Positions 8,647-20,897 are shown, numbered from the stretch's first letter. The stretch is DNA of 64,000 nt from Flectonema sp. DT1601 (GCA_964019425.1 OZ025782.1:186001-250000), one strand, 5' to 3'. Numbers and translations are program-made. The notes: generated by a model not told the origin, from the letters alone.

Positions 8647-11361
8647 TTACAGTCTCCTGCTTTCAGGGTGTCTCCCTTCGAAGACTTGCACCACGGCAGC
8701 ATCAGTGGCTGACATTCTATTGGCTACAAAGTTCATTATTGACTCATACTGAGATGCTGTCGTTGATAATACGTTTCCAATATTTTCATCTATCTGTTTC
8801 TTAATGTCTGGCATGAATTCAGAACGGGAACTGCGAACGTCTTCACGGAGTTGTTGCAACTGACCAGTCATTTCAGGACATACCTCAGAGTTGATATATT
8901 CGAATAGTTCTCTGCTGATTTGTTGAAGCTTTTGATGGAATGAACTATCAAGTCTAAATTTATTGAAATTGTTAAAATATCTCCTTAAGAGATTCCGATT
9001 AGTAACAGTTGAGAGATGATTTGTAACACGTCGTCTTGATGTGCAGTTTGAAGAAAATTTCAAAAATGCTTTCCAATACCTGATTCTAACAATACGGTGA
9101 TGCCTTAACTTTAATAAATCACTACTCGAACACAATCGTGATCGCCGTTTTAATTTCACTCTAAACCTAATAAATTTTCCAAAATACTCCGATAACAGTA
9201 TTTTCTCATTCCCATTCCTCATTAGTCCAATACAGTTATTTCTATGTAAAAACCTCTTCCACTTTACATAACAATTCAACAACTTCATCTGCGTTATTTT
9301 CTGACAATGTCGTACAGCAGTCTCCCTGCGTTGATACCACGAATTATATTTAGTGTAGTAAATATTAGTAAGTTTCTTAGACGTATTAGTTTGTAATACC
9401 GACAGAAGTTGATTAAGAGATCTAACTCGCACCCTATTAGTTGACTGCATGCAAGTTAGTAGCATGTGTTCGAGGGATGCTATTTTTGATGACATTTGTT
9501 GAAATTCGTCGACGGGTCTACTTCCTGAATTCACATTCATCATTGACACGTTGCTTGATTCATTAGAAGCAACAACGTCTTTAAATAACACACTGTTACT
9601 TGATGCGCTGTGGAAGTGTGATATGTTTGATTGATTTCTTACACATTCTGTGTGTTTAACTTCATTCTGACTGTGAATTGATTCTGTAGGTTGCTGTGAT
9701 CTACTACAGTCATGAACACTGCTTACAATGGATGGAGGAGGAGCGTTGTCATCGCTTGTCGCAGAGCAAGATCGTTGATGATGAGATAATCCACTGACAC
9801 TACGTCTCGGAAGATCTACGTCAATATTATGATGGATTGTGCTTTGATTACTTACCTGACTACACACTGATTGATTTCTACCCTGATAGCTCATATCATC
9901 TTGAGTATGATTATGAGGTACAACAGAAGAATGATATTCCGATTCACTCACTCGACTACTTGTATGACTTCGATACTGTGATTGCTCTGACATACTCAAA
10001 GTATTCACAGATTGTTTAGTATTAATCTCATGAGATGGTTCTTTTCTAATACTCGATCCACAAGATTCATAAACAGAATGACTACGACTCGAAGGATTCG
10101 TAACACGTCGTCGATTGAACTGATTATTTGAAGTGATGTCGGTGATATAATTTTGTTCATCACCTGAATTCGATTCAAACGGACTTAGATCACGTTCAGG
10201 AGCTGTTTGTGAATTACTGTGATTGATCGTATTGTGAGGTTGTTGTTGTTGTTGTTGTTGATTTTCATTTTGTCGAAAGACGTTATTCACATTCGATAAA
10301 TTATTCTCTCTACGATATTGAACACCCTGAGGATGTGATTCTATCCTGACTTCATTGTGATGACCTTCTTGAGTAGAAAAATGTTGTTGTTGTTGAGTGT
10401 GACTAGCAGTTGTTCTTTGACTTCGATCATAACACCCATCAAGTCTATTCGACACCTGTAACTCTGATGATCGTCTACTGTGAGGATGAGCAGCCTGCTG
10501 TGACTCAACCATGTTTTGAGAATGCTTAAACTGAAGTTCTGATACTGCACTGATAGACTGCAGCATTGACTGTGATTGACATGAGTGTGGATGATGTTCA
10601 TTTTTTAAAGAACCAGCAGCAGTATTTCCATTAGTTCCAGGTAGCGCAGGGATCTCAATGGTACCTACTTGTGGATGCTGTATTGAAATAGAAGTATCAC
10701 GAACAGAAGTCATCTTCTCTCTTGGTAAAGCTGCCGGAGGCGACGTTGTATTTTTTAAAACTGATGATAGAGGTTCATGTGGAGGAGAGACTACCTCAGT
10801 GTGATAACTAACACTCATCGAAGTTACTTTTCCTTTTGTAGGGAACGTCGCAGCAACTGGTGTCGCCTTTCCCACATATTGAAGTCCCCGATGGTTACTC
10901 GGTGTAGTTGGTCTACGAATATAACTGTTTCTATCTGATTCTATGTTGGGGTTTCTTATTTGTTTAAATGCACTTCCTGATGGTTGAGGTGATCGCAATG
11001 TCTCGTATTGCATGGCAGCGAATTCATCAAAATCTATTGGATTTGGTCCAACTTTGAAGAAACTTTCATCACCGTCTTCTATTTCCCCTTCGATATTAAC
11101 AGGGTCTTCTTGTACTTCTAGTTGTGGACTCGGAAGCCTTTGTTCTGGTTGTGGACTAGGGAACCTTCGAACGAACTCAGCGTGTCTAGCAGGAGGCGTT
11201 TCAATTCCTCTGGTAATCAATCTCGAAGAGTTCTTTGGTGTGTGCAGTCCTCTGCTAGGAACAGTCTTCTTTCCAGTTGCCGCCCATATCCGAGAAGCTG
11301 ATATTCCAGCACCACGTGAAGGAGGAGTTGTGATGGCCTTCGTATCCTGAACCCATCTCAT
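8647..11361 (-). CDS. Large low-complexity (S/Q/H/N-rich) protein with C-terminal Sfi1-like helical repeats
   Basis: Long ORF; likely ATG at 11361 (MRWVQ) just after a ttctacag acceptor-like site. C-terminal repeats LLNCYVKWKRF, LLSEYFGKFIRF, LLRRYFNNFNKF. Confidence 0.7.
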   Translation of the reverse strand: MRWVQDTKAITTPPSRGAGISASRIWAATGKKTVPSRGLHTPKNSSRLITRGIETPPARHAEFVRRFPSPQPEQRLPSPQLEVQEDPVNIEGEIEDGDESFFKVGPNPIDFDEFAAMQYETLRSPQPSGSAFKQIRNPNIESDRNSYIRRPTTPSNHRGLQYVGKATPVAATFPTKGKVTSMSVSYHTEVVSPPHEPLSSVLKNTTSPPAALPREKMTSVRDTSISIQHPQVGTIEIPALPGTNGNTAAGSLKNEHHPHSCQSQSMLQSISAVSELQFKHSQNMVESQQAAHPHSRRSSELQVSNRLDGCYDRSQRTTASHTQQQQHFSTQEGHHNEVRIESHPQGVQYRRENNLSNVNNVFRQNENQQQQQQQPHNTINHSNSQTAPERDLSPFESNSGDEQNYITDITSNNQFNRRRVTNPSSRSHSVYESCGSSIRKEPSHEINTKQSVNTLSMSEQSQYRSHTSSRVSESEYHSSVVPHNHTQDDMSYQGRNQSVCSQVSNQSTIHHNIDVDLPRRSVSGLSHHQRSCSATSDDNAPPPSIVSSVHDCSRSQQPTESIHSQNEVKHTECVRNQSNISHFHSASSNSVLFKDVVASNESSNVSMMNVNSGSRPVDEFQQMSSKIASLEHMLLTCMQSTNRVRVRSLNQLLSVLQTNTSKKLTNIYYTKYNSWYQRRETAVRHCQKITQMKLLNCYVKWKRFLHRNNCIGLMRNGNEKILLSEYFGKFIRFRVKLKRRSRLCSSSDLLKLRHHRIVRIRYWKAFLKFSSNCTSRRRVTNHLSTVTNRNLLRRYFNNFNKFRLDSSFHQKLQQISRELFEYINSEVCPEMTGQLQQLREDVRSSRSEFMPDIKKQIDENIGNVLSTTASQYESIMNFVANRMSATDAAVVQVFEGRHPESRRL

Positions 11362-11654
11362 AATCGAATACGACCTGTAGAATATAAACAAACTTAACCA
11401 ATACGATTGTGACTAACAGATTAATTATATTATTATCTTGTTTTGCTGTAAAGTAAATATCAATTACAGAAAAGTGAATACAAATCTACTCTACTAAAAG
11501 AACTCTATAAGATACAAAGGCTACACGTGTTGATAACCTTCAGTCAGAATACAACACACTCAGATCTACCTGAGTGTAGGTGTGTACTTCCTCATGAGGA
11601 AGACATTAAAATATTTCACATTCAATTGCTGTCGTCGTAGGGGACAATTTGTCG

Positions 11655-13139
11655 TCAGGTAGTAGTAAACCTCCTGGTGTAACCTCCAGGAGTCATTAAT
11701 AATGCGGGGAGTGACTTCAGAGGATCAAGACCACCATGTGAAATTGGCATCTTCTGTGAACTCCATGAAGGCAACTCAGCTGTTCGATGTTTTGTCAGCT
11801 GTCGTGGGATTGCACCAATCGGTCGAGAGAGGAGTTCTATTCGAGTAGAGTTTTTCAATTCCTGTTTTCGAGTATTCGCTAAGTCAAAATTCTTGTTGTG
11901 GTGAGGACGACCAGTAGAAGTACAAAAAGGATGAGTATCCTTATGAACTCCACAATCTGAACATTTATCGGAATGGTTTTCACGTATTCTTTTTTCATCA
12001 TAGAAAGACACCTCATGTACTTCCCCACTAACACTACAAAACGGAAGTCTATCTCCATTTTCTACTGTTAGAGGAAGACTGCAGTCTGGACAAGTTTTAG
12101 CAGAGGGTTTAAAGGCACAGCTCGTTGGCATATTTAATTCTTTCGCAACCTTTGATATGATGGTGTCAACGTCATGGTCGATAGAGAAACTACCGTAAAC
12201 ACTTTTAGGAATTTCTAATTTGCTGGAATTACCGTCGATCAAATCCATTAGAGCTGTCCTTTTAACAGTTTGATCAACAACGTTGGATTCTGTTGGTAAA
12301 AAAGGAATCTCAGTCGGATTGAAAAGCTTCGGTAACAGGTCTTGTCGATAACTAGAAAACAATTTTATAATATTATCAACAAAGACATCGTTTCCACGTC
12401 TACTCAGTTGTAGTTTGTCATTAGTAGTTAAGACGTATTTAGTTCCACCACAAAATAAATTCGTTGAATTTTGATGTTTCCAAATTAAATTCAACTGATC
12501 AATAAAATAAACAGGAGAGTGAACTCCTCCGCTATCCCTCTGTGCCGCAGCTATACCGCTGGCAGCAGATGAAAGAGCGAGTTGATGCTCAAATACATCC
12601 CCGAGAGGCTGTAATGACATTGGAGTAGACGACATCACAACAACAGGAGGAGCTTTACCATCGTCTGCGAAGTAATAATGTCTGGGATCTTGAACTATCT
12701 TCGTAGCGTTAACTGTCGTATCGATCAAATCAGCTAACGAGAGACAGTAATTGTTTATAATTGTGTTTTTGATTGTGTCGTCAGTTCCAGTTATGATTAG
12801 CACACATCTGAGTTGAGCAGTTGGTCCGTGTTCTTCATATATCCGCTGTTTTGCTTGTCGTGCTATCTGTGGCATTGACAGACCTGTCGTGTCCCATGTG
12901 ATTATGTTTAATGAATTTCGATAGATTTGATTGAGAGTACAAAGCCATCCCCCTTCTTGGTGATCCATTGCTGATTCAATACCATCACCACAAATAACTA
13001 ACATACTACCTCTCTGTGGTTGTGTTGGTATGATTGGTGATGGAACGACACTCAGTTCTTGATGACGGCTTTCATCATTCACATTAACAACGTCTGACAA
13101 CAATTGTTGGATTGTTGAAGGGAGGTCGTCATTATTCAT
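11655..13139 (-). CDS. IAH1-like SGNH-fold protein, apparently inactive, with two C-terminal CxxC..PFC..G..H zinc motifs
   Basis: Blocks ICGDGIES..GGW, LIITGTDD and DKLQLSRRGN correspond to SGNH blocks I, III and V. Zinc motifs CPDC..PFCSVSGEVH and CSDC..PFCTSTGRPH. Confidence 0.65.
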   Translation of the reverse strand: MNNDDLPSTIQQLLSDVVNVNDESRHQELSVVPSPIIPTQPQRGSMLVICGDGIESAMDHQEGGWLCTLNQIYRNSLNIITWDTTGLSMPQIARQAKQRIYEEHGPTAQLRCVLIITGTDDTIKNTIINNYCLSLADLIDTTVNATKIVQDPRHYYFADDGKAPPVVVMSSTPMSLQPLGDVFEHQLALSSAASGIAAAQRDSGGVHSPVYFIDQLNLIWKHQNSTNLFCGGTKYVLTTNDKLQLSRRGNDVFVDNIIKLFSSYRQDLLPKLFNPTEIPFLPTESNVVDQTVKRTALMDLIDGNSSKLEIPKSVYGSFSIDHDVDTIISKVAKELNMPTSCAFKPSAKTCPDCSLPLTVENGDRLPFCSVSGEVHEVSFYDEKRIRENHSDKCSDCGVHKDTHPFCTSTGRPHHNKNFDLANTRKQELKNSTRIELLSRPIGAIPRQLTKHRTAELPSWSSQKMPISHGGLDPLKSLPALLMTPGGYTRRFTTT

Positions 13140-13200
13140 GTTGTTGTTTTTATTATACTTTTTTAAATAAAATAATTGTTGTGAGAGATTACAAAAAAAA

Positions 13201-13233
<33 letters not shown>

Positions 13234-14670
13234 CGTTTTTGTCATGAAGAACGACCCTTTTGTGTTTTTTGATAAAAGTGACTCACCATCACCTTTCAAA
13301 ATTCGCGTTATTGTGACAAAAAAAAAGAAACAAAACTCCGCAAAAAAAAAAAAAAAAAAAGAATCAAATACAACCAACGGAAAGGAAATTCTTTTTTTTT
13401 TCTCGAATGTTTTTTTTTTTTTTTTTTTATATTCCAGTGGATGTTTGTGTATAGATCCTCACTGCTTTGAGGTAATGGACAGAAAAGGACAACAATGACA
13501 GCAAATAAAAAAAATTATAAAAAAAAAATAAAAAAAAAACGGAAAAAAAAATTGGGTATACGAAAGACTACTTCTTCTTCTCTCTTTCTCTCCCTCCTTC
13601 CTTATTTTCTGTTGTTTGCTTGCATACGCTAAAAAGTGATCAACAGACCTTGTGGACCGCAGAGGACCACATGCGCTGCGAACATTCAAAAACAGGAAGA
13701 GAAGAGAGAGAAAAAAAGATGCAAATATAAACTACCAGAAGACGCAATGCTGCTGACAATTGGCTCAAACAAAAAAAAAAATTCGACACGTTTTCGTCCG
13801 ATTATGTGTCAATGGTCAGCTGGATCACTGCTACTCTGGTGGTCTTGTTCTCCTTTGATATTTGCTTAAGAGTCGACGAAAAATGAGAGAAACAAAAACG
13901 ATTCCCCCTCATCTTCCCCTTCCGAATGTTAAAACCTAATAAAAGGGAAAAAAAACTCTCCTCTTTTTCAGTCTTGCTTTCTTTTTCTTTTTTTTTCGGG
14001 AAGATAAAATGGTCTTTCGTCACTTAGTATCACACAGAAAAGATTAGCATAATCTCTACTGACTCTGATCGTTGTTTCGACTTGCAGGATTTTTTTTTTT
14101 TTTCGGTTGCGCACAAAACAAAAACTAAGTGTGAGAATTATTTAGTGAGGTGCCGATTCTTTTTTTTTTTTTTTTTGATCATTTCTACCGTAATTTGAGC
14201 TTCTTTCGGTTAACTAAGGCAAAAAAAAAAAAAAAAAAAAAAAGAAACTTAGAACGAATAACATGCTTTTATATTAACGTATGAAACATCTTTTTTTTTT
14301 TTTTTTTTCATTTTCTTTTTTTTTCTTTACATGTGTCGGTCATGAGCAAAGCGTCACAACACCGTATCGACTAGAATTTGTTACGTGATCGCATTAGTAT
14401 AAACAAAGCAATTATCATCGTACAAAAAAAAATGATGGGACAGACGAAAAGAAAGGAATAGGACCATGCACTCCACTTTTGATGCTTATGACACTTGGGA
14501 GTATAACGTCTCTTTTTTTTGAACATAATTTTTAAGCAACGATCAACAAAGCAAATAAGTCTCTTCGAATGATCCCAAAGCGACATTACTAATGTAGACA
14601 AACTACTCTAAACTAACTAGTGACTGAAGAACAGTAGTGAGTATGTTGGAAACAACAACCACAAATAAAA

Positions 14671-17600
14671 CTATCTCACTGCTCCATCGATTTCCGATTC
14701 AGTTTCAGTTCGGCTATTGCTAGCTGACGGTCTCTCTCTGTCAGAACAAGATGACGATGATTTTTGTAATTCCCTTTCTATTCTCTCTGTTAAAGAACCT
14801 CCTTGAGGAGATGTTAGAGATGGGACTTGAGAGTTACCTGAATTCGGAGAATGTGTTGGGGTTTGTTTAACAGTACTATCCAACTCTGTGGCTGTTTCAT
14901 TATCTCTCTCATCATCGACTTTGATGGGAGCAGGTGACCAAGGCGACTGTGGTTTCTGCATTGAACCAGAACCAACTGTTGATCTCTTTGATGACACTTC
15001 TCTATCTGTAACATACGTACTCGTGAGACTGACATCACTTCCTGAAGTAGAGCAACGTCTGTGAATGCTGTTTTTAACAACAGATTCTTCATCTGAAAGA
15101 CCTGACATAAAATCTAAACTAATCAAATCGATAAATTCTCTCAAACTGTAGATAATATCATCCTGATCTTCACACGAAGTCACATCCACTCCGATAGCTT
15201 CAGCAGCAATAATCAGTTGAATCAGTCCAACGTGTGTAAAGAAAGATGCTCCGTCCATGTAACTTGTTATTTTATTAGCTAGTTCATCGCATAATTCACC
15301 TTTTATTTGGTAGTGGCTTGGATTTGGTAGTATCGAACTTGCAATCGCAGCAACATCAACTAGCGGAAGTGAATTAAAGTATTTACCCCACGTTGTTCTG
15401 GTTAATTCTCGATCTTCATCTCGAGATAACCAGAATTCTTTTATTAATCGAAGTGATCTCATGAGCATGGCGCAACCAAATATGGTTCCGAAGACGATCA
15501 GTGGCCCCCACATACTTTCTATTGACATTCCGTTTGTTAGTTCTTCATCCTCAACGACTTGTGTTACTCCACAATCAGGTGAAATCGCATGGACGTGTTT
15601 TGTTCTTAAGTTATCAATAATTCTGTGTTTTTTTTTTTTTTTTTTAAAAGTATTATTTAAATATTATATAAATAAAAAACAGAACAGTAGAATTATTAAA
15701 ACACACACACCTATCATTCAACAAGGTCATCGTTCCGTACGAGATAGCATCAACAAAACGACTTTCATAAGGAAGAGCAAAAGCTTTAAATAATTGTAAT
15801 TCACTGATGTCTGGACCTCTCAATTCAATTTCACAATCGGTTTGAAAAGGGAAGTAGAGCGTTGATGCTAAAGCAGCATCGATATTTTTTGCTTTGAGTT
15901 GAGATATGGCATCTGAATCGTTCGCGTAAGTCGTATAACCGGTCATTCGTAGACTAGGACCTGTCAAGATCGATTCCGTCGCAGACCCTTTAGGGACTCC
16001 TAATTTTGACATTCCTATCTTTCCAGTTTGAAAATCCTCAAAAGAATCAACTGGATACACTGAACTCCTCCTAGTTAAAAACGTCGTCAGCTCTGCAGTA
16101 TAAGAAGCTGTAAACACAATTGCAAAAAAAAACAAACCCGCCACCAACAATCTCCCAGAATGGGTTACCGGAGCGTTCTCATTAACCATAAAGAAAGATG
16201 TGAATGATAAGTATGAGACTGCTAAGAATCCTTCAAATCCACGGGGGATTAACTCATTTCGACCTGCTTCAAGACACCACAAACCAATTCCAGACATGAT
16301 AATTACAAATAAGGCTGCTAAGTATACTTCAGTTTGCATTGGAGTTAGAAATCTCCAGAGATCTACTCTGTCTGATGTTGGACGTTTTATCATTAGTCGT
16401 TTTGTATCAGTGGTCCAGGGTTGGGAAAATTTCAACAATCGTTGCCTGTCTGGAGTAATCGTTAAAGCAACCGCGAATATATCAAACTCACCATCGCCAA
16501 CTTGTTGTAATGTGTATCCATCTACGCAGTTCTTGTGATCACATTGATAACAAGAAATAAATGGACTATACGTAAATCCATAATTAGAACTAAGCGTGTC
16601 AACAATATCCCATAAAATACCCTTACCAACGCCAGATGATGTTCCGTAAGAAAGTCCATCATCTCGACAAGGAAAGATTATTTTTAAATGTTGGTTTCGT
16701 AGAACATCAGTCGGAGTTGGTCTCGAACCTCCAGGCCATTGAATACGTTCTGAGTCAACCCAAAGATCACTGCTAAAATTATAACCGCCGATGACGTTCC
16801 ATTGTGATGCTCCTCCGAACTGCTGTAAGTTCAATAAATCATAGTGTGATCCGACAAGAAACTCACTATCTAGTAACCTATCTAGTTCAGGAATGATATT
16901 CGCCAAACTGTAATCCCATTTCTTGGTAAAGACATCATGACATAAATTATTTTGATACGGATTCGTATGTCCTTGCGACGCATCCAGAGATTTCAACAAC
17001 AACGTCATCGACGAGAATGCCGCAATATAACTCGGGTTATCCTTATACGTTTGATACTCTGGCGTTGATATTAAATCAGGAGGAGTATACACTCTTGGAT
17101 AGAGTGAGAATATACCTTGAATATCATTATTTGAGGCCTTAAGAGTGGTGAACGATGATGGATTATCAAGCGGTAATCCTTCTGACGCAAACCAAACAGC
17201 TCCACGCCCGATGAGAGGAGGCTTAATACTTGAAGCAGCTGTCAATACCTGAACAGCTAACGCACCTGTTCCTAAAATGATATAAACTTGTGCCATGGAG
17301 CGCTTTGATGCATCTTCTAGTGTAGCAGTAACATTCAGCTGAAGAGGTATCGTTGTCACTTCCAAACCAGCTTTATAACCCTGTGAAATCATAGCTTCAA
17401 CAAGAGACAAACCGTTGTCTTGTTGCTCGTAGAAAGCCGTTGCCTTGTTCCATCCGAGTTTTACAATGAATTTTGATATTGCCTCAGCTTGATTCAAGTC
17501 TGTCAAAACAGTCCTTCTCAACGTTGAGTACAATAATGAGGTTGCAATGTCAGAAGCGCTTGCACCTGTCATCATGGGTATACCGTGAATGCTTGCTAAC

Positions 17601-17887
17601 CATCCGGCTAATTTTACTTCTTGCATACTATCAGGACCTATGATCCCAACGACATCTCCTTGAACTATTTCAGAACAAATTGCCTCAGCTGTACTAACTG
17701 TCGCTGAAGGTTTTCGTATTACGGGAGTCCAGGTAGAACTCTTTCCGAATTCTCTAACTGCAACATCTACGGCTGCGGATTTGTCTCCGTTCCAAAAACT
17801 TATAATCTTTTGTCCCGTAACATTATTAACAAAGCATATCAATAGTAGATACAACAGTAATGGGAAGGTAAAGTACTGGCGTCGCAT
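14671..17887 (-). CDS. Ionotropic glutamate receptor-like channel; exons 17887-15711 and 15622-14671 (1042 aa)
   Basis: Signal peptide, ANF/ATD domain (VVGIIGP), S1 (LTITPDRQRLLKFSQPW), M1-M3 with SYTAELTTFLT, S2. Intron 15710-15623 (GT...AACACAG) joins in frame to ORF 14671..15528, which supplies M4 (MWGPLIVFGTIFG) and a Ser-rich tail. Confidence 0.88.
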
Positions 17888-18523
17888 CTTTATACATATG
17901 ACTTTGGTACAGAGATAGGACCTGTTTCAGTAATATAAAATGAAAAAAAACAGAAATTTTATCCCAACAAGAATCACACGTCAAATGGGCATAATGATTG
18001 GCTGTGTTTTTAAAAAAAAAAAAAAACATTTACAACTCTCGTGATGCTCTGTAATCAAGTAAAGACACACTTACACTAACTAATAGTCGTGGATTAGTTT
18101 GTTCTGTTTCTTTTTAGTGTCTTTTCTTTTTCCATCAGTTTTTTTTTTTTTTTTTTTTTTTTCCTATTTTTTTTTATTTGATTGTCAGCGAAATACCTGC
18201 CAATAGTAAGCAGGTATTACGTCGTTATCACCTTACTCATTATCATTGTAAGGAAATAAACAAGGGTAAGTAAGTTAAAAAAAAAAAAAAAAAAAACGAA
18301 AAAGCTAAATACATTTGCCCTGCTGCTGCTCCAATCATTTAATTAAGAAGGGTCATAGAAGTTCACCACAAGCAGCTTGAAATGATTTGTCAGGAAGTCC
18401 GATCCTGCAAGTCAGTTTTTAAGATATGAGCGAAATGCTTAAGCTAAAATCAGTCGAAACAAGAATCCAAAGCTTAAGCGGCAACAGAATCTGCGGAAGG
18501 GAAGGGGAATGAAATAGAACTTC

Positions 18524-18993
18524 TTACTTGGTTTTGAGCTCTCTCTTTTGAGCCTCACGAGCCTCGAATAGCTGATCATGGAGATCAAGTAGTCGATGCA
18601 TGATGAAGAACATACCAATACCAAATGTTGTGATGTATGAGTTACGCTGATCACGAAAGTGCTTTGTTCTCGCATGAGGACTATCGCCATCCATAGGATT
18701 ATTAAGACTGTTTATAGACGTGTAACAGTAGTAAGAATTTAATAACAATAACACAGCACAGATATGCCTCAAATACGGATACCCATTCCACAACGCTCGC
18801 AATCCACCAACAACTTTTCCTCTAACATAGTTTGAAGGCATTGGTAGGATAAGCAAGCTCACAACAATACATTCGGTTACTCTGTTTTTTATTATTATTA
18901 TTTATTTTTTTTTGTTCAAAAAAAAATCAGTTTTTTCATAATAGCAATGATTACATACAGAAACAGGTAAACAACCAACCATCCTGGGTCCAT
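18524..18993 (-). CDS. BAP29/BAP31-family ER membrane protein; exons 18993-18959 and 18881-18524 (130 aa)
   Basis: Removing intron 18958-18882 (GTATGT...AAACAG) gives MDPGWLVVYLFLVTECIVVSLLILPMP. The protein contains HFRDQRNSYITTF, matching the BAP31 FRxQRNxY motif. Confidence 0.85.
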
Positions 18994-19310
18994 GGTGTGA
19001 GTGTTGTGGGAGAGTTACAAACAAGCTGAAAGGTAATTAAAAAATAATGACTTAACACGAACCTGACCAATTACATTATTACAGCCATGAAGATCTTTTT
19101 ATTCTCCGAAGCGTTACTAAGCGTTGCTATTAATAAATGCGATTAATGAATAGCTTTCGTTTTCAATTTTGAAAAAAAAAAAAAAAAAAAGTTAAGTCAA
19201 GCAATGTGGAATGCTTATGGAGATTATTTTCTTTTTTTTTTGTCTCTATAGTAGAGTCTACAGGATTTAGAAAAAAAAAAAGATGGAGACTGAAACAAAA
19301 GAACTGACAC

Positions 19311-20864
19311 TCAGAGCGGGTGATGAGCAGCGGGACGTGCGCTTCTCGTTTTCAGCAATGGCACCCTTCTCGGGGTGTATCCGTAGCGTAGATGAGGATG
19401 AGGATGTTGCGAAATAGCGGTGTATTCTCCGTGAGACCCACCAAGGTATTTCTTTACATACATTTTATCAACCTTTTGCAACCAAACAGAAAGAGAGAAA
19501 TTTTTTCGATGAATTTCCTCCTCCGTATCCTCATCACTCGGAATACATAAACATTCAATCAAACCACCCGACAAACCACCGAACACAAATACCGTAATAA
19601 TAACCAAACCAAAAGTTGTATCTCGAATGAGATTTTTACCAGATGTTGTTACTGAAGAATCAAATGACAAGGCAAATGCTAACGCTCCTCTAATCATTCC
19701 AGCCCACCACATTACAATCATGTGGCGGATACCAAAATCAACTTTTGTAAATAATCGTAGTATAGTACAGATTAGAGTGACGGTCACTGCTCTTGCGAAA
19801 ATAATTATAAACAACATAGCAAGTATTAGTGAGTAGCAATGATCAGTTTCACCGGGTGAATGCACCCAGTAGTAACCAAGAGATAAAAACATAAATATTT
19901 CACAAACATGAGACAATGTTTCGAAAACATCTAATGAAGTTTTTTGTGTCTCCACCGACAGTGAGTGAGACGTATAGTGGGACATCATCACCCCACAGAC
20001 AAACAACGAGACAATTCCACTGAAACCCAACAATTCACTTACCATGTCCGTGCTATAAGCGAATATAACTAAAACAGAAATAGCTCGTTTAGCATCCATC
20101 ACCATGTCGTATTCTTTCAGTCGATGAAACATTACAGCTGACGCCGTTCCCATGAACAATCCTATAAAGATACTTCCGGTAAATGTAAATACAAAAGTAA
20201 ATAACAAATCCCACATTGTGTCAGCATCGAGAACTGGGAATACACCTCCGACAGTTTGTAATTTTTTTATTGTTGTTCCGACTGATCGGAATAATACTAT
20301 GGCTAAAGCGTCGTTGAGGATCCCTTCACCAGCTAAGATACCAAACAGCCCAGGGTGTTCTTCAGGATCTATGACACCTAACACAGCAACACTGTCAGTC
20401 GCTGATAAGATCGCAGCGAACGTCAAAGTCTCCAGTTGATGTAGTTCCCTTGAACACGTCTTTCTAACCAAACTCGTCAGTAACGCGATTATAAGAAAAT
20501 TAATAAAAGTTCCCAACAAACCCAACAAACTAATCGCTGTCAAATTCGCAAAAAAATGCATATACTTACAAGTATATCCAGCTGTGAATATTATCGGTGG
20601 TAGAAGAACCTTAAAGAACAATCTATCATCAAACATAAACAATGAATTAGAAGCAGATTCACTCGTAAAATATGTGATCAAACCCAACGTGACTCCTATT
20701 AAGATCGTTGCTCCAGGTTCTTGCATTACTCTCGACGGATTAATCATTAAGTAATGTCCTACTAGTAAGCTTGCAGCCATAGATATCAATAACAGTGGTC
20801 CCCCTGATTCACTCACTTCCACTGTTTCACTGAATCTTGTGAAAACCGTTGTTATATTCGTCAT
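19311..20864 (-). CDS. Na+/H+ exchanger (CPA1, NHX/NHE family)
   Basis: FFKVLLPPIIFTAGY, ILSATDSVAVL, GEGILNDA, WWAGMIRGA; many TM helices. Confidence 0.95.
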   Translation of the reverse strand: MTNITTVFTRFSETVEVSESGGPLLLISMAASLLVGHYLMINPSRVMQEPGATILIGVTLGLITYFTSESASNSLFMFDDRLFFKVLLPPIIFTAGYTCKYMHFFANLTAISLLGLLGTFINFLIIALLTSLVRKTCSRELHQLETLTFAAILSATDSVAVLGVIDPEEHPGLFGILAGEGILNDALAIVLFRSVGTTIKKLQTVGGVFPVLDADTMWDLLFTFVFTFTGSIFIGLFMGTASAVMFHRLKEYDMVMDAKRAISVLVIFAYSTDMVSELLGFSGIVSLFVCGVMMSHYTSHSLSVETQKTSLDVFETLSHVCEIFMFLSLGYYWVHSPGETDHCYSLILAMLFIIIFARAVTVTLICTILRLFTKVDFGIRHMIVMWWAGMIRGALAFALSFDSSVTTSGKNLIRDTTFGLVIITVFVFGGLSGGLIECLCIPSDEDTEEEIHRKNFSLSVWLQKVDKMYVKKYLGGSHGEYTAISQHPHPHLRYGYTPRRVPLLKTRSARPAAHHPL

Positions 20865-20865
20865 T

Positions 20866-20897
<32 letters not shown>

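Noticed and set aside
14031..14100. U6 snRNA-like string ACAGAAAAGATTAGCAT followed by a T-run
   Set aside because: The ACAGAGA box is mismatched, and neither the internal stem-loop nor the 5' hairpin is present.
13112..14601. Poly-F/poly-K ORFs in intergenic DNA
   Set aside because: They arise from homopolymer A/T tracts and show no protein-like content.
14671..15528. 285-aa ORF as an independent gene
   Set aside because: It splices in frame as exon 2 of the iGluR-like gene.
7802..20864. Neighbouring genes as a biosynthetic cluster for the NRPS-PKS
   Set aside because: No PPTase, tailoring enzyme or exporter is recognisable; the neighbours look like unrelated housekeeping genes. The other flank is outside the window.
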